Source of the DNA: Chloroflexota bacterium
Lineage (GTDB): Bacteria; Chloroflexota; Dehalococcoidia; Lucifugimonadales; G022566795
Direction of reading: 5' to 3'
Assembly: GCA_022566795.1 (NCBI GenBank)
Contig: JADFIF010000003.1
Span: 1-50,130, forward strand
DNA length: 50,130 nt
The stretch's first letter is position 1. Each line of letters opens with the position of its first letter. This document shows positions 17,369-26,525 of this stretch, piece after piece. The position numbers were made by a program, and so were the translations under genes. A model generated the notes under the pieces. That model was not told where the DNA came from, made no database searches, and saw only the letters and a list, made by a program, of their open reading frames with translations.

Positions 17369-18367
17369 TCATACCGGATTCTTGGCGGATACGAGCGTCA
17401 GCCCGCCGGACATAGACGTGATATTGCCGTCTTCGAATCCAGCCTCGGTCAGCCATTCTAGGTACTCTTGCCGTGTGTAAGCCTGGCCCTCATCGTAGAT
17501 GTTCAGCGTCATGAGGCTGAAGCCCACTGCGACGGCGGGCGAAAGTCGAGAGTTCTCTACGATGTGGCCGATGACGAAGATGGCGCCCCCGGGCTTCACC
17601 GTTGGACGGATATTCGTTAGCGCGCGCACCGCGTCATCAGGGGACAGAACCTGGATTAGAGCCCTGAGGGCGACAACATCGTACGGACCGGCGGTCAGCC
17701 GTTCAAGCACATCCCCGACAGCGACCTCCACTCGTCCATTCAGTCCAGCTCCGTCGATAATCCGCTGTGTGATGGGAGCCACCCCTGGCAGCTCTATCAC
17801 GGTCGCTGTGATATGGGGGCACTCCCTGGTGATTGCCATGGCGAGTCCTCCCGAGCCCCCTCCGATGTCAGCGAAGGTGAGCACCGACGACAGGTCGACA
17901 AGGCGGGCCAGCTCGTGCCCGCTCGACTCGGCGCCGCCTTGGAGGCTACGAAGGAAGAACTCCAGCTCATCTTCTGAGGCATTAGAGAAGTCCAGCTTGG
18001 CCTGAGGGGTGCCTGTGCGGATGGACTCTGCCGTCTTGAGTGTCGCCTCCCATCCTAATGCCAACCGTGCATGCATCCCGCCGAGGTAGTCAGCGTTGCC
18101 GCGAACCAAGAAGCGCTCTGCCTCCTGGGTGTTGGAGAATCGCTCGTCCTCCACTTCCAACAGACTGGCTAATACGAGTGAGTAGAGCAGAGGCCTCAAT
18201 TTCAACGGGCGGACGTCGAGTGTCTTCGCCAGCTCCTCCAACGACATCGGTCGATCTTTCAGCGGCGTGAACACGTCCAGTTGCATGCCCGCGAGCATGG
18301 CGAAGGACTGATCAGCTCCGGTTCGAAGCTTGTTAATCGTGTCAGGCCCGGGTAGCTGGTCCGTCAT
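17369..18367 (-). CDS. class I SAM-dependent O-methyltransferase (family 2 with N-terminal dimerisation/wHTH domain)
   Basis: ATG 18367 lies 7 nt after AGGAGG. The translation has ..FADIGGGSGGLAMAI.. as the SAM motif I, and ..YDVVALRALIQVLSPDDA..VKPGGAIFVIGHI.. Confidence 0.85.
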   Translation of the reverse strand: MTDQLPGPDTINKLRTGADQSFAMLAGMQLDVFTPLKDRPMSLEELAKTLDVRPLKLRPLLYSLVLASLLEVEDERFSNTQEAERFLVRGNADYLGGMHARLALGWEATLKTAESIRTGTPQAKLDFSNASEDELEFFLRSLQGGAESSGHELARLVDLSSVLTFADIGGGSGGLAMAITRECPHITATVIELPGVAPITQRIIDGAGLNGRVEVAVGDVLERLTAGPYDVVALRALIQVLSPDDAVRALTNIRPTVKPGGAIFVIGHIVENSRLSPAVAVGFSLMTLNIYDEGQAYTRQEYLEWLTEAGFEDGNITSMSGGLTLVSAKNPV

Positions 18368-18425
18368 GAATGACCTCCTAGGACGAGGGCGTGGTGAAGA
18401 CCCGGACGTCAGGGAAACTGGCGAC

Positions 18426-18620
18426 CTATGCAAGGCTCAGAGACGATGCGCTTTCGTACTGGTCGTAGGACAGCGCATTGAGGAGCCTCGCTCGCTGGTG
18501 GAGGCAGTCTAGCAGCGACGTCCCGATGGCGTCAAACTGCCGCCTGAGTCCGGCGGGAAGCGTTGTAGGCGACGTGAACTTGCCATGTGAGCTTGCTTGA
18601 AGGAAGGTCAGATCCGGCAA
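18426..18620 (-). CDS. small hypothetical ORF (possibly a DinB-like fragment)
   Basis: A 64-aa ORF with a TTG start lies between the CoA-transferase and methyltransferase genes on the same strand. Third-position GC is coding-like. I see no SD or recognisable domain. Confidence 0.2.
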   Translation of the reverse strand: MPDLTFLQASSHGKFTSPTTLPAGLRRQFDAIGTSLLDCLHQRARLLNALSYDQYESASSLSLA

Positions 18621-18660
18621 AGTCGCGTCCGACAGTTTTTCCCACAGCGCCGGCCGGGCA

Positions 18661-19863
18661 TCACTCTGAGTGACCGGGCTGAACTATATCGGCGATCTGA
18701 TCCTGACTGTAGCCGAGCTCACGCAACACCTCTTGCGTATGCTCACCAGACATAGGCCCAGTGCGACGTACCCTCGCTGCCGTCTGGGAGAGCTTGGGGC
18801 CTACTCCAACCTGGCGGACCGGTTCCCCATCAACTTGGCCTACCTCCTGGCTCATCTCCCTGTGGCGTATCTGAGGGTCCTGGAACACCTCGTCCAGGGA
18901 GTACACCGGGCCGACTGCCACGTCACCGGCACGACGCAGTGTCTCCCACCACTCGTCACGCGTGTAGGTGCGGAATATTCGTCGGAACCGATCGAAGATC
19001 TCCGGGTAGCGCTCCTGTTCGTGTTGATGCGGAATGAACTCCTCCGTACCCAGTGCCCTACATAGGTTTTCCCAGAACCCGGGCTCGATGCACCCAATGC
19101 TCAGGTACTTGCCGTCCTTACATCGATAGGTGTTGTAGTAGGGCGCGCCCCCGTTCAGGGGCATCGCCCCGGGTCGGGGCACTATGCCCGTTCGGAAGAA
19201 GTCCGATGCCACCGCCGCCAGCATATAGGCCACGCCGTCGGTCATGGCGATGTCCACGTACTGGCCCCGTCCCATCTTCTCCCTGGCCAACAGCGCGCCC
19301 ATGATGCCCACGACGGCCTGCAGGCCTCCAGCGGCGTAGTCGGCGATGATGTTGTAGGGTATGGCCGGTGGTCCATTCTCCTCTCCAATGAGACCCAACG
19401 CGCCTCCGATGGACAGGTAGTTGATGTCGTGACCTACCAAGTCGCGATAGGGGCCGTCCTGTCCATAGCCGGATATTGAGCAGTAGACCAGTCGGGGGTT
19501 GGCGGCGCTGAGGGTGTCATAGTCGCACCCCAGCCGCTGGACTACCCCTGGCCGGAACCCTTCCACAAACACATCGGCATCCTGGCAGAGGCGTTTTAAT
19601 GCTTCTTGGGCCTGCGTGCGCTTCAGATCCAGCGCAATGCTGCGTTTGTTGCGGTTGAGGGCGTTGAAAGCCGCAGCACGGCGTTGGTCGCCAGCATCTG
19701 CTATGCCGGCGTTCCCGCCCTCTTCAGCTAACTGGGAGGAGCGCCGCGGCTCCTCCACGCGAATCACCTCTGCACCCATGTCGCCCATGACCATGGTGCA
19801 GAAGGGGCCCGGGGCTAGCCGGGTCAGGTCCACCACCTTGATTCCGTCCAGAGGCATTACCAT
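18661..19863 (-). CDS. family III CoA-transferase (CaiB/BaiF family), paralogue 1
   Basis: ATG 19863 is preceded by AAGGAAA. The translation has MVMPLDGIKVVDLTRLAPGPFCTMVMGDMGAEVIRVEEP.. and ..YCSISGYGQDGPY..GHDINY.. Confidence 0.88.
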   Translation of the reverse strand: MVMPLDGIKVVDLTRLAPGPFCTMVMGDMGAEVIRVEEPRRSSQLAEEGGNAGIADAGDQRRAAAFNALNRNKRSIALDLKRTQAQEALKRLCQDADVFVEGFRPGVVQRLGCDYDTLSAANPRLVYCSISGYGQDGPYRDLVGHDINYLSIGGALGLIGEENGPPAIPYNIIADYAAGGLQAVVGIMGALLAREKMGRGQYVDIAMTDGVAYMLAAVASDFFRTGIVPRPGAMPLNGGAPYYNTYRCKDGKYLSIGCIEPGFWENLCRALGTEEFIPHQHEQERYPEIFDRFRRIFRTYTRDEWWETLRRAGDVAVGPVYSLDEVFQDPQIRHREMSQEVGQVDGEPVRQVGVGPKLSQTAARVRRTGPMSGEHTQEVLRELGYSQDQIADIVQPGHSE

Positions 19864-19900
19864 GAGCGTTTCCTTGGCGGCATAGTCGGCGCCCCGGCTC

Positions 19901-21157
19901 TTAGAGAGACGTCTCCAGGACCTCCTGGGCCACCAGGTCAGCGACCTCATCGTCGGTGAGGCCGATGAACTCCTTGAGGATCAACTCGTTGTGCTCTCCA
20001 ACTAGCGCATGGGCCATACGCAGCGCCCCGGGAGATTTGGAGAGAAGGAATTGCAATCCGTCGTATGGCATGGGGCCGCACTCTGTGTGGTCGAGCCACT
20101 GAAAGAAGCCGCGGTGCGCTAGCTGGGGATCGTTCCATAGGTCGGACTGATTCTGGACGACGCCGGCGGGCACTCCCGCCCTTTGCAAGAGGTCCATGAG
20201 CTCGTGAGCTCTGTGGTTGGCCGTCCACTTCCCCAGAAGGAGAGCCAGCTCTTGCTCGCTCTCCTTGCGGCCAGCCGCTGTGGAGAAGCGGCTCCCCTGT
20301 GTCCAGGAGGGGTTGCCCATGACGGTACATAGGGCTTCCCATTCCTCGTCGGAGGTCACTGCGATAGCGCACAAGGACTCTGTCGTACCTTCCGGCATGC
20401 AGGGATAGACCCCGTTGGGCGCGTAGTCTATGTCCAGGTTGCCCTGGCGCTCCATGGCGTGGCCGTTGGCCAGGTAGTCCATGATGACTGGGGCCAGGAA
20501 CTGCGTTGCGCACTCGAACTGAGAGAGGTCCAGCTGCTGGCCCTTGCCGGTACGCCGGCGGAACTCCAGAGCGGCAACTATGGCGGCGAGGGCGTTGGGC
20601 GGGTTGACGAAATCAGCGTAGGCTCCCTGGGGGATGGAGGGGCCACGATCGGGCCAGCCGGTGATGTGGTAGAAGCCCGCCAGCGCAGCGGCCAGCTGCC
20701 CGAAACCCGCGTACCGGGCATGGGGTCCTGTCTGCCCCATCTGGCAAGTGCTGAAGTAGATGATGTCGGGCTTAATGGCCCGGACGGCCTGGTAATCGAG
20801 GCCCCAGTTGCGCATGGTCTTGGGGGTAAAACTCTCGGCGACAATATCGGGCTGCCATCGGCCGATGATCCGTTCGACCAACTCTCGGCTCTGCGGCACG
20901 GACATGTTCAAGCCCAGCCCATACTTGCTGGTGTTGAAGTTGGCTGCAAACTGGCTCCGATTGATCCCGGGCCGCGCGTCCTTAAAGGGTGGTACGCCGC
21001 GGAGCACATCGGGGCGTGATACCGACTCGATGTGGATTACCGTGGCCCCGTGGTCGGCCAGATACTTCGTGGTGATGGGGCCCACTCCCACCCAGGTGAA
21101 ATCCAGCACTCTCAGACCCTCAAAGGCCATGGCCGCGGTCACGGGTTCGCCTCGCAT
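19901..21157 (-). CDS. family III CoA-transferase (CaiB/BaiF family), paralogue 2
   Basis: The translation has ..FEGLRVLDFTWVGVGPITTKYLADHGATVIHIES.. The start is either ATG 21157, 4 nt after the upstream stop, or ATG 21130. Confidence 0.85.
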   Translation of the reverse strand: MRGEPVTAAMAFEGLRVLDFTWVGVGPITTKYLADHGATVIHIESVSRPDVLRGVPPFKDARPGINRSQFAANFNTSKYGLGLNMSVPQSRELVERIIGRWQPDIVAESFTPKTMRNWGLDYQAVRAIKPDIIYFSTCQMGQTGPHARYAGFGQLAAALAGFYHITGWPDRGPSIPQGAYADFVNPPNALAAIVAALEFRRRTGKGQQLDLSQFECATQFLAPVIMDYLANGHAMERQGNLDIDYAPNGVYPCMPEGTTESLCAIAVTSDEEWEALCTVMGNPSWTQGSRFSTAAGRKESEQELALLLGKWTANHRAHELMDLLQRAGVPAGVVQNQSDLWNDPQLAHRGFFQWLDHTECGPMPYDGLQFLLSKSPGALRMAHALVGEHNELILKEFIGLTDDEVADLVAQEVLETSL

Positions 21158-21161
21158 GTTT

Positions 21162-22427
21162 TCATATCACTCCCTGCGCCTGAAGCTGAGTCATCCTGTC
21201 CTCGGCGAGGCCCAATTCCGTGACGAATACCTCATAGTTGTGCTGGCCAAGGCGGGGTGCCAGATGCCTTGTCCGGATAGGGGTCTCACTGAACTTGATA
21301 AAGGGACCGGTGTAGGTGAGTGACGCGTCGAGGTCAGGGTGGTGCATCTGTGTCCAGAAACCTCTCGCCTTGAGTTGGGGACTCTCCCAGATATCCTGGA
21401 CCGTATTGCACGGCGCTAGCAATATGCGGTGCTCCAGGGCGCGCTGGAACAGCTCCACCTTGGTCTTCGTGATCAGGAACTCTCCTATATGCTGCTCTAA
21501 GGCACGAAGCTCCGCCAGGCCCTCGTCACCCCTGGCCGACAGCTCGCCGGGAGTCCAGGAGTCCCAGTTCCCCAATGCCATGAACTCCGGTGTCACGCCC
21601 TCCTCTTCCATCCAGCGGACCATGGGGGATATGAAGCCGCTGCCATTGAAAACGACGCTGACATAGCCGTCTTTGCAGGGGAATACACCCTTGGTGCGTA
21701 CGGCGCCGCCGGTCCTATAGGCCCCAGCCCTCTCTAGGTTCACGTTGTGGAGGGGAGGGAAGGCCGTGGCGCTCATCAATGTCCAGATCACAGCCACCTG
21801 CATAGATACGTCCACATGCTGCCCTTCGCCGGTTCTCTGACGGTGCCAGAAAGCCACCATGGAGCCGGCTGCAGCCTGGGCGCCCGCGTTGAGCTCCGCC
21901 TGGGGAAATCCGATCCTTACAGGCGGGCGGTCTGTGTCGCCGGCGAGGTGTTGCATGCCGCCCATCGACCAGGCCACGATGTCCGGGGCCTTATGCTGCG
22001 CGTGCGGGCCGGTTTGGCCGTTGGGGCTAATGGACGTCATTATCAGGCCGGGGTTTGCGCAGCTTAGGCGGTCGTAGCCCAAGCCCAATTCGTCCAGATA
22101 GCCCGGCGGATAGGACTCTATGACAAAGTCGCTTTTGCGCACCAGGTCTGTGAAGATATCGTGCCCATCTCTTGTCTCCAGATCGAGCGTGATACCGCGC
22201 TTGTTCAGGCAGTAGGCATACCAAAAAAGGCTGCGTTCCGGGTTAGGATCGTCAAGGTAGAATGGGCCTCTGGACCTGGTGGGACTGCCCTGGGGTGGCT
22301 CCACTTTGATGACATCGGCTCCCAGGTCGGCGAGGACCTTGCCGCACCAGTTGAAGCCGCCCTCGGTCAAGTCCAAGACTCGATAGGGGCCCAGCGGGAG
22401 GTCCGAGATCTCTCGCTCGTCCTTCAT
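21162..22427 (-). CDS. family III CoA-transferase (CaiB/BaiF family), paralogue 3
   Basis: 421 aa with ..LGPYRVLDLTEGGFNWCGKVLADLGADVIKVEPP.. Confidence 0.85.
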   Translation of the reverse strand: MKDEREISDLPLGPYRVLDLTEGGFNWCGKVLADLGADVIKVEPPQGSPTRSRGPFYLDDPNPERSLFWYAYCLNKRGITLDLETRDGHDIFTDLVRKSDFVIESYPPGYLDELGLGYDRLSCANPGLIMTSISPNGQTGPHAQHKAPDIVAWSMGGMQHLAGDTDRPPVRIGFPQAELNAGAQAAAGSMVAFWHRQRTGEGQHVDVSMQVAVIWTLMSATAFPPLHNVNLERAGAYRTGGAVRTKGVFPCKDGYVSVVFNGSGFISPMVRWMEEEGVTPEFMALGNWDSWTPGELSARGDEGLAELRALEQHIGEFLITKTKVELFQRALEHRILLAPCNTVQDIWESPQLKARGFWTQMHHPDLDASLTYTGPFIKFSETPIRTRHLAPRLGQHNYEVFVTELGLAEDRMTQLQAQGVI

Positions 22428-22849
22428 TCGTGTGCTCCCGGTGCGGCCTGAACTAGCCGTGAATCGATGATGGCCGTACCATACACCCTCTCAAGACGCA
22501 GTCAAATCTTACGCCGTGCTACCGAAACAAATGCGTAAGAGCGGTTAGGCGGCGACGTCCTCCGCGGCCGTCTGGGCCTTGCCTACCAACAAATTCGGGA
22601 CGCCATTGCCAGCCTCGGACCCTACTGCGTGACCGGTCCACGCGCCACCAGGTTCCAGTTCGGCGACTCTGACATGGGCAAGCCGTCGCTCATCATCATC
22701 AGCGGGAAGAAGATGTGCGAATGGAAGCTGGACTTCAAGGCCACCGTGACCCAAGGCCCTCACAAGCGGCATAGGGTCGCTGGATAGGGAGGGCCGGGCC
22801 GCACCCGGCCGGGGCGCCGCCGCGATGTGCGCACCGGTGGCAGCAGCTC

Positions 22850-23167
22850 TTAGGTCGAGTCCGCACTCGCGCGTTCTTTGAAGGCTTGCCGGAGCTGCGA
22901 CAATACTGACTCGGGCCCGTGGGCGACTATTATCGCAGTCGAGGAATTCTTCCCTTGAATCTTTGTGCTCAAGTAGCGAACGTCCGCATGAGAGACACCG
23001 GCTCCGATTACAACCGCGTCGAAGTAGGAAGAGCTTGCCAGGTCCAGGGCGGTGGCGTCACTCAGAGTTGACGTTACGATGTGGCCGTCAGCCTCCAGGG
23101 TCCGCGTAATCCTGTGCGTGGTGCCCTCGTGCCGCCCAACCACGAGGATTCGTGAGGGCTTGGTCAT
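22850..23167 (-). CDS. small CheY-like (pseudo-receiver / flavodoxin-like fold) hypothetical protein
   Basis: ATG 23167 lies 9 nt after AGGAG. The translation MTKPSRILVVGRHEG..FDAVVIGAGV..AIIVAHGP has receiver-like strand spacing. The N-terminal acidic DD pair is absent. Confidence 0.5.
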   Translation of the reverse strand: MTKPSRILVVGRHEGTTHRITRTLEADGHIVTSTLSDATALDLASSSYFDAVVIGAGVSHADVRYLSTKIQGKNSSTAIIVAHGPESVLSQLRQAFKERASADST

Positions 23168-23421
23168 GAATGCTGGACTCCTGAAGCCGGGGCCCTGGCT
23201 GCTGCGCCGTAGCTGCACCGACGATGACTAGCTCGGCAGGGTGCGCGTATTCGCATGTCTTTGCCCTTCGCGAACGGCGCGAGTACGCGATGTATCTTGC
23301 CCTGGCGAGCCTTGCTCGAGCGCAGGGAGTGTAGCAGCGCCTAACGAAGCTCGTCAAACTGTGAAAATGGCTACGGAACCGCCAGACAGTACCTGGCAAC
23401 CGGCGAAGGCATCGGAAATTG

Positions 23422-24915
23422 TCACCATAGGCTTCGTCCGGAATGGGGTTTTGCAGGGGTCAGGTTCAAGGACTCGATAATCGTCGGGAAAAGGTCTACC
23501 GTCCGCACCGGCCCACTCGACGACAACGGACGGTTGCTCAGGATGGGCACATTCATGTGCTCGCTGCACAACGCGCCGTGCGACGACCGATGCTCAGGCC
23601 ATTCACGTCGCCCTCTCAGATCGTATCCTGGTCTGGCTGTTACCACAATGTCACCGGTCCGCTGACTCGTGAACAGTTGCCATATCTGCTCCAGGGCATC
23701 GGGAAACCGGGTATCCGCAGTCAACTCCAGCGCATCGGCCTCGTGTATCGCGGTGCGAGGAAGGCCAAGCTGCAAGGGGTCTGAGCCGTCGTAGCCATAG
23801 ATGTAGGATTCACAGTCCTTGCTCAGGAGAGCCGTCCCCGATCGCGACACGATCTTAATCGCTCCACCGCTGTGCCGGTAGGCGATCCACTCGATTTCGG
23901 TCCGCTGGCGAAGCGCCTCGAGCAATCGCCCGTGCTCGCCTTCCAGTTCGTCGCCGACCGACGGCCTTTCCCACTTGCCATCCGAGGATACGTAAACGTT
24001 GGCGAAGGAGTTACCGGAGATCGCGACGGCGGCGTCCGCAACACGCCGAAAAATGCTGGGGTGCTCGAAAACCCTGTAGCCGAGATGTGAGAGCAGTCGG
24101 CTCAGATCCAGGTGTTCGGCCGTCTCGGTGTGGCCGTGATCGCTTGAGAGCAGGAGGTGGGTCCTGTCCCAGACGCCGATGCGTCTCAGACGGTCGACCA
24201 GGGTGCCGACGGCAGCGTCGATTCGCCGATAGGCGTCGAGCGTCCGACGGTGTTCGGGGCCGTGGGCGTGTGACGCGGTATCGACGTCGAGCATTGGGAA
24301 AAAAATGAATCGGGGCCAGTTGTCATCCATCTTCCGGAGGGCACGCAGCAGGCTCCCCAGCACAAACTTGTCGATAAAATCCGCCCGCTTGAGGTAGTGG
24401 GAAAAGAACATGAAAGGTATCGAACTGCCATGGAAACGGCTGAACCCTGGAGCGAGTCCGCGGTGGATGTCGCTGCGTATAGCCAGCGAGCCGGGGCACA
24501 GCTCGAACATTGTTTCCAGCCCATTGGGCAGGTCGCCGTTGAACCGGAGGTGAGCCGGCCCAATGTAAGAACGGTGGCCTTTGACGACCCCGTTGTTGAA
24601 GGTGAAACGAGACTTTTCCACCCAGCGGATGCCCGGTATGTTGGCGGTCCCGGGATACTGGCCGGTAAGCATGGGCAGATACGCTACGTTCGTAACGCTC
24701 GGCAGAACTGTGACCCCTTCGTGATAGGAGCCTTCCGCGAGGAGGTGACGTGTAATGTTTGGCAGGTCACCCGATGCGCACAACGCCTTGAGGACGTCGG
24801 GTCTGAAACCATCCGCCAGTAAGAGAATGGCAAGATCGATGTCGCCGGTGCGCGTCGACACGGGTGACGGGGTTCCGGCCCCTGTGATGGCCGGCTCCCC
24901 TTGTCCAGGAATCAT
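23422..24915 (-). CDS. alkaline-phosphatase-superfamily protein (type I phosphodiesterase / nucleotide pyrophosphatase family)
   Basis: The translation has ..ILLLADGFRPDVL..VLPSVTNVAYLPMLTGQYPG..IPGIRW.. and ..LLLSSDHGHTE.. I prefer ATG 24915, which sits 8 nt after GGAGG and forms an ATGA overlap with the upstream ORF. The ORF-track start 24930 is the alternative. Confidence 0.85.
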   Translation of the reverse strand: MIPGQGEPAITGAGTPSPVSTRTGDIDLAILLLADGFRPDVLKALCASGDLPNITRHLLAEGSYHEGVTVLPSVTNVAYLPMLTGQYPGTANIPGIRWVEKSRFTFNNGVVKGHRSYIGPAHLRFNGDLPNGLETMFELCPGSLAIRSDIHRGLAPGFSRFHGSSIPFMFFSHYLKRADFIDKFVLGSLLRALRKMDDNWPRFIFFPMLDVDTASHAHGPEHRRTLDAYRRIDAAVGTLVDRLRRIGVWDRTHLLLSSDHGHTETAEHLDLSRLLSHLGYRVFEHPSIFRRVADAAVAISGNSFANVYVSSDGKWERPSVGDELEGEHGRLLEALRQRTEIEWIAYRHSGGAIKIVSRSGTALLSKDCESYIYGYDGSDPLQLGLPRTAIHEADALELTADTRFPDALEQIWQLFTSQRTGDIVVTARPGYDLRGRREWPEHRSSHGALCSEHMNVPILSNRPLSSSGPVRTVDLFPTIIESLNLTPAKPHSGRSLW

Positions 24916-25250
24916 ACGGTGCACCTCCATGCGACCAGCTCAACCGAGATTCCCCCTTGACCGCAGTACCCTATCTCGTTACGGCCGCAAGCGCCAGACC
25001 GTCCTGGGGCTGCGCTGAATAGCAGATTATCCACGCATGACGCATGCGTCGGTACCTGAATGGCTGAGGCGGTGCCATGGGACGGAGGCTGATCTGCTAT
25101 CCGAGGCTCGGCGTCCGGGTCGTCCGCCAGGACCACATCCGAGCCTTCCCGCCTTGAACGAAGGAAGGCTCGACCCTTCGACTTCAAGCCCGACAGCGAC
25201 GGTATCAGACCCTCACGAATTGGCTTCCAGGATGTGACGAGGAGGGCCAC
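24912..25250 (-). CDS. hypothetical ORF translationally coupled to the AlkP-family gene
   Basis: 112 aa with a GTG start. Its stop TGA overlaps ATG 24915 (ATGA), and its 3' end contains the SD for the next gene. The hydrophobic N-terminal segment would extend upstream only via a non-canonical start. The sequence is not convincingly protein-like. Confidence 0.3.
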   Translation of the reverse strand: MALLVTSWKPIREGLIPSLSGLKSKGRAFLRSRREGSDVVLADDPDAEPRIADQPPSHGTASAIQVPTHASCVDNLLFSAAPGRSGACGRNEIGYCGQGGISVELVAWRCTV

Positions 25251-25315
25251 GACCAGGAGGAACCAGAGGACTGAGGTGGCAAGTTTTAGATGTCAGGAAG
25301 TCTTGCATCTGGTCC

Positions 25316-26326
25316 CTATGGCGCCCTGGCATATATCTGAATCCGGTGCCGATTGCTCTCGACGACGTATAGCCTGCCCTGCTCGTCGAGCTTTACCGAG
25401 ATCGGGCCCCAGAAGTAGGGCTCGACCCGGGCGGACTCCTCGTGGGCGGTCGCGACCTCTTCGGTCATTTTGGGCATCAGCTCGGAGGCCTCTCGGGCCG
25501 CCTTCTCGTCCCAGTTCGCCTCGTAGAACTGCCGCGCCCATACGGACAGCGTCGCCTCCCCACGCAGCCTCTGCAAGAATCGGCCGTCCGCGTCCAGCAC
25601 CTGCACTCGCTCGTTACCCCAGTCAGCGACGTACACGTGTCCCGCCCTGTCCACGGCAACACTGGATGGGCGATGAAACTGTCCATCGTCGTGTCCCGGC
25701 TCCCCGAACGACGCCACGAAGGTCCCGTCCGGCAAGAACTTTTGGATTCTGTCGTTGCGCCAGTCGGCGACGTACACGTGCCCATGCGAGTCCAGGCCAA
25801 CTCCCCAGGGAAGGTTGAACTCTCCGGCGCCGCCACCCTCCGTCCCCCACGACAGCAGCCATGCGCCAGCCTTCGTGAACTTCTGCACGCGGCTGTTCCG
25901 GGAGTCCACCACGTACAGGTTGTCGTCCGCGTCGAAGGCGAGGCCCGAAGGCGCGTGGAGCTCTCCGACGCCGCTTCCGTGGGTCCCCCACATGGACAGG
26001 AAACGGCCCGAGCCGTCGAACACCGAGATCCGGTGGTTGTGCTCGTCGGCGAGGTAGAGGTTACCGTCCCGATCGAAGGCCAGCGCGGTGGGCCAAACGA
26101 ACTGGCCGTCCCCAGAGCCATAAGACCCGAAGTCGCCATAGTATTCGCTCTGGAGGTCGCAGATGCCGACCCGGATGCCGTAGGTCTGCAGGGGGTTGGT
26201 CCTGCTGAGGACGTACATGCGGCCGTCGCTGCGGATAGCGACGTCGACGGGGTTGCTGAAACCCCGTCCCTCCATGGCGACGATGCCGATCGTATGGCTG
26301 TACCTAAGAGCGAAGGCTGAAGGCAT
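25316..26326 (-). CDS. NHL-repeat six-bladed beta-propeller protein, paralogue 1
   Basis: ATG 26326 gives MPSAFALRYS.. The translation carries repeated ..F..P.G(V/L)A.D..G..YV(A/V)D..N.R(I/V)Q(K)F.. blades. It is clearly paralogous to 41611..42615, for example sharing FDADDNLYVVDS.N.RVQKFTK. Confidence 0.88.
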   Translation of the reverse strand: MPSAFALRYSHTIGIVAMEGRGFSNPVDVAIRSDGRMYVLSRTNPLQTYGIRVGICDLQSEYYGDFGSYGSGDGQFVWPTALAFDRDGNLYLADEHNHRISVFDGSGRFLSMWGTHGSGVGELHAPSGLAFDADDNLYVVDSRNSRVQKFTKAGAWLLSWGTEGGGAGEFNLPWGVGLDSHGHVYVADWRNDRIQKFLPDGTFVASFGEPGHDDGQFHRPSSVAVDRAGHVYVADWGNERVQVLDADGRFLQRLRGEATLSVWARQFYEANWDEKAAREASELMPKMTEEVATAHEESARVEPYFWGPISVKLDEQGRLYVVESNRHRIQIYARAP

Positions 26327-26525
26327 GGTCAATTCTTGTCCCCACTGACGAGCCGCAGGGCCTAATGTGTCCAACACGCGACTGTGCCGCTTGTAGGACG
26401 CGCCGCCCCGGTGAGTAACTTACCGCGACGCTTTCGCCATTGCAACTCATCTTGGAAAATCGCGTTGCGGAGCGATCGGCTGCCTCGGTAAGATGCATCA
26501 GCCCAATCGGGTCGGGGAGGAAGCC

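Noticed and set aside
17432-17440. A tRNA T-loop-like string, TTCGAATCC. Other GGTTC-type strings were also checked.
   Set aside because: The string lies inside the O-methyltransferase CDS with no acceptor or anticodon stem context. I found no cloverleaf anywhere in the window.
22545-22787. Either the 75-aa minus ORF or a plus-strand frame (..IRDAIASLGPYCVTGPRATRFQFGDSDMGKPSLIIISGKKMCEWKLDF..).
   Set aside because: The minus ORF looks like a shadow ORF. The plus frame is protein-like but has no start that yields more than ~52 aa, and I see no recognisable family. It may be a remnant.
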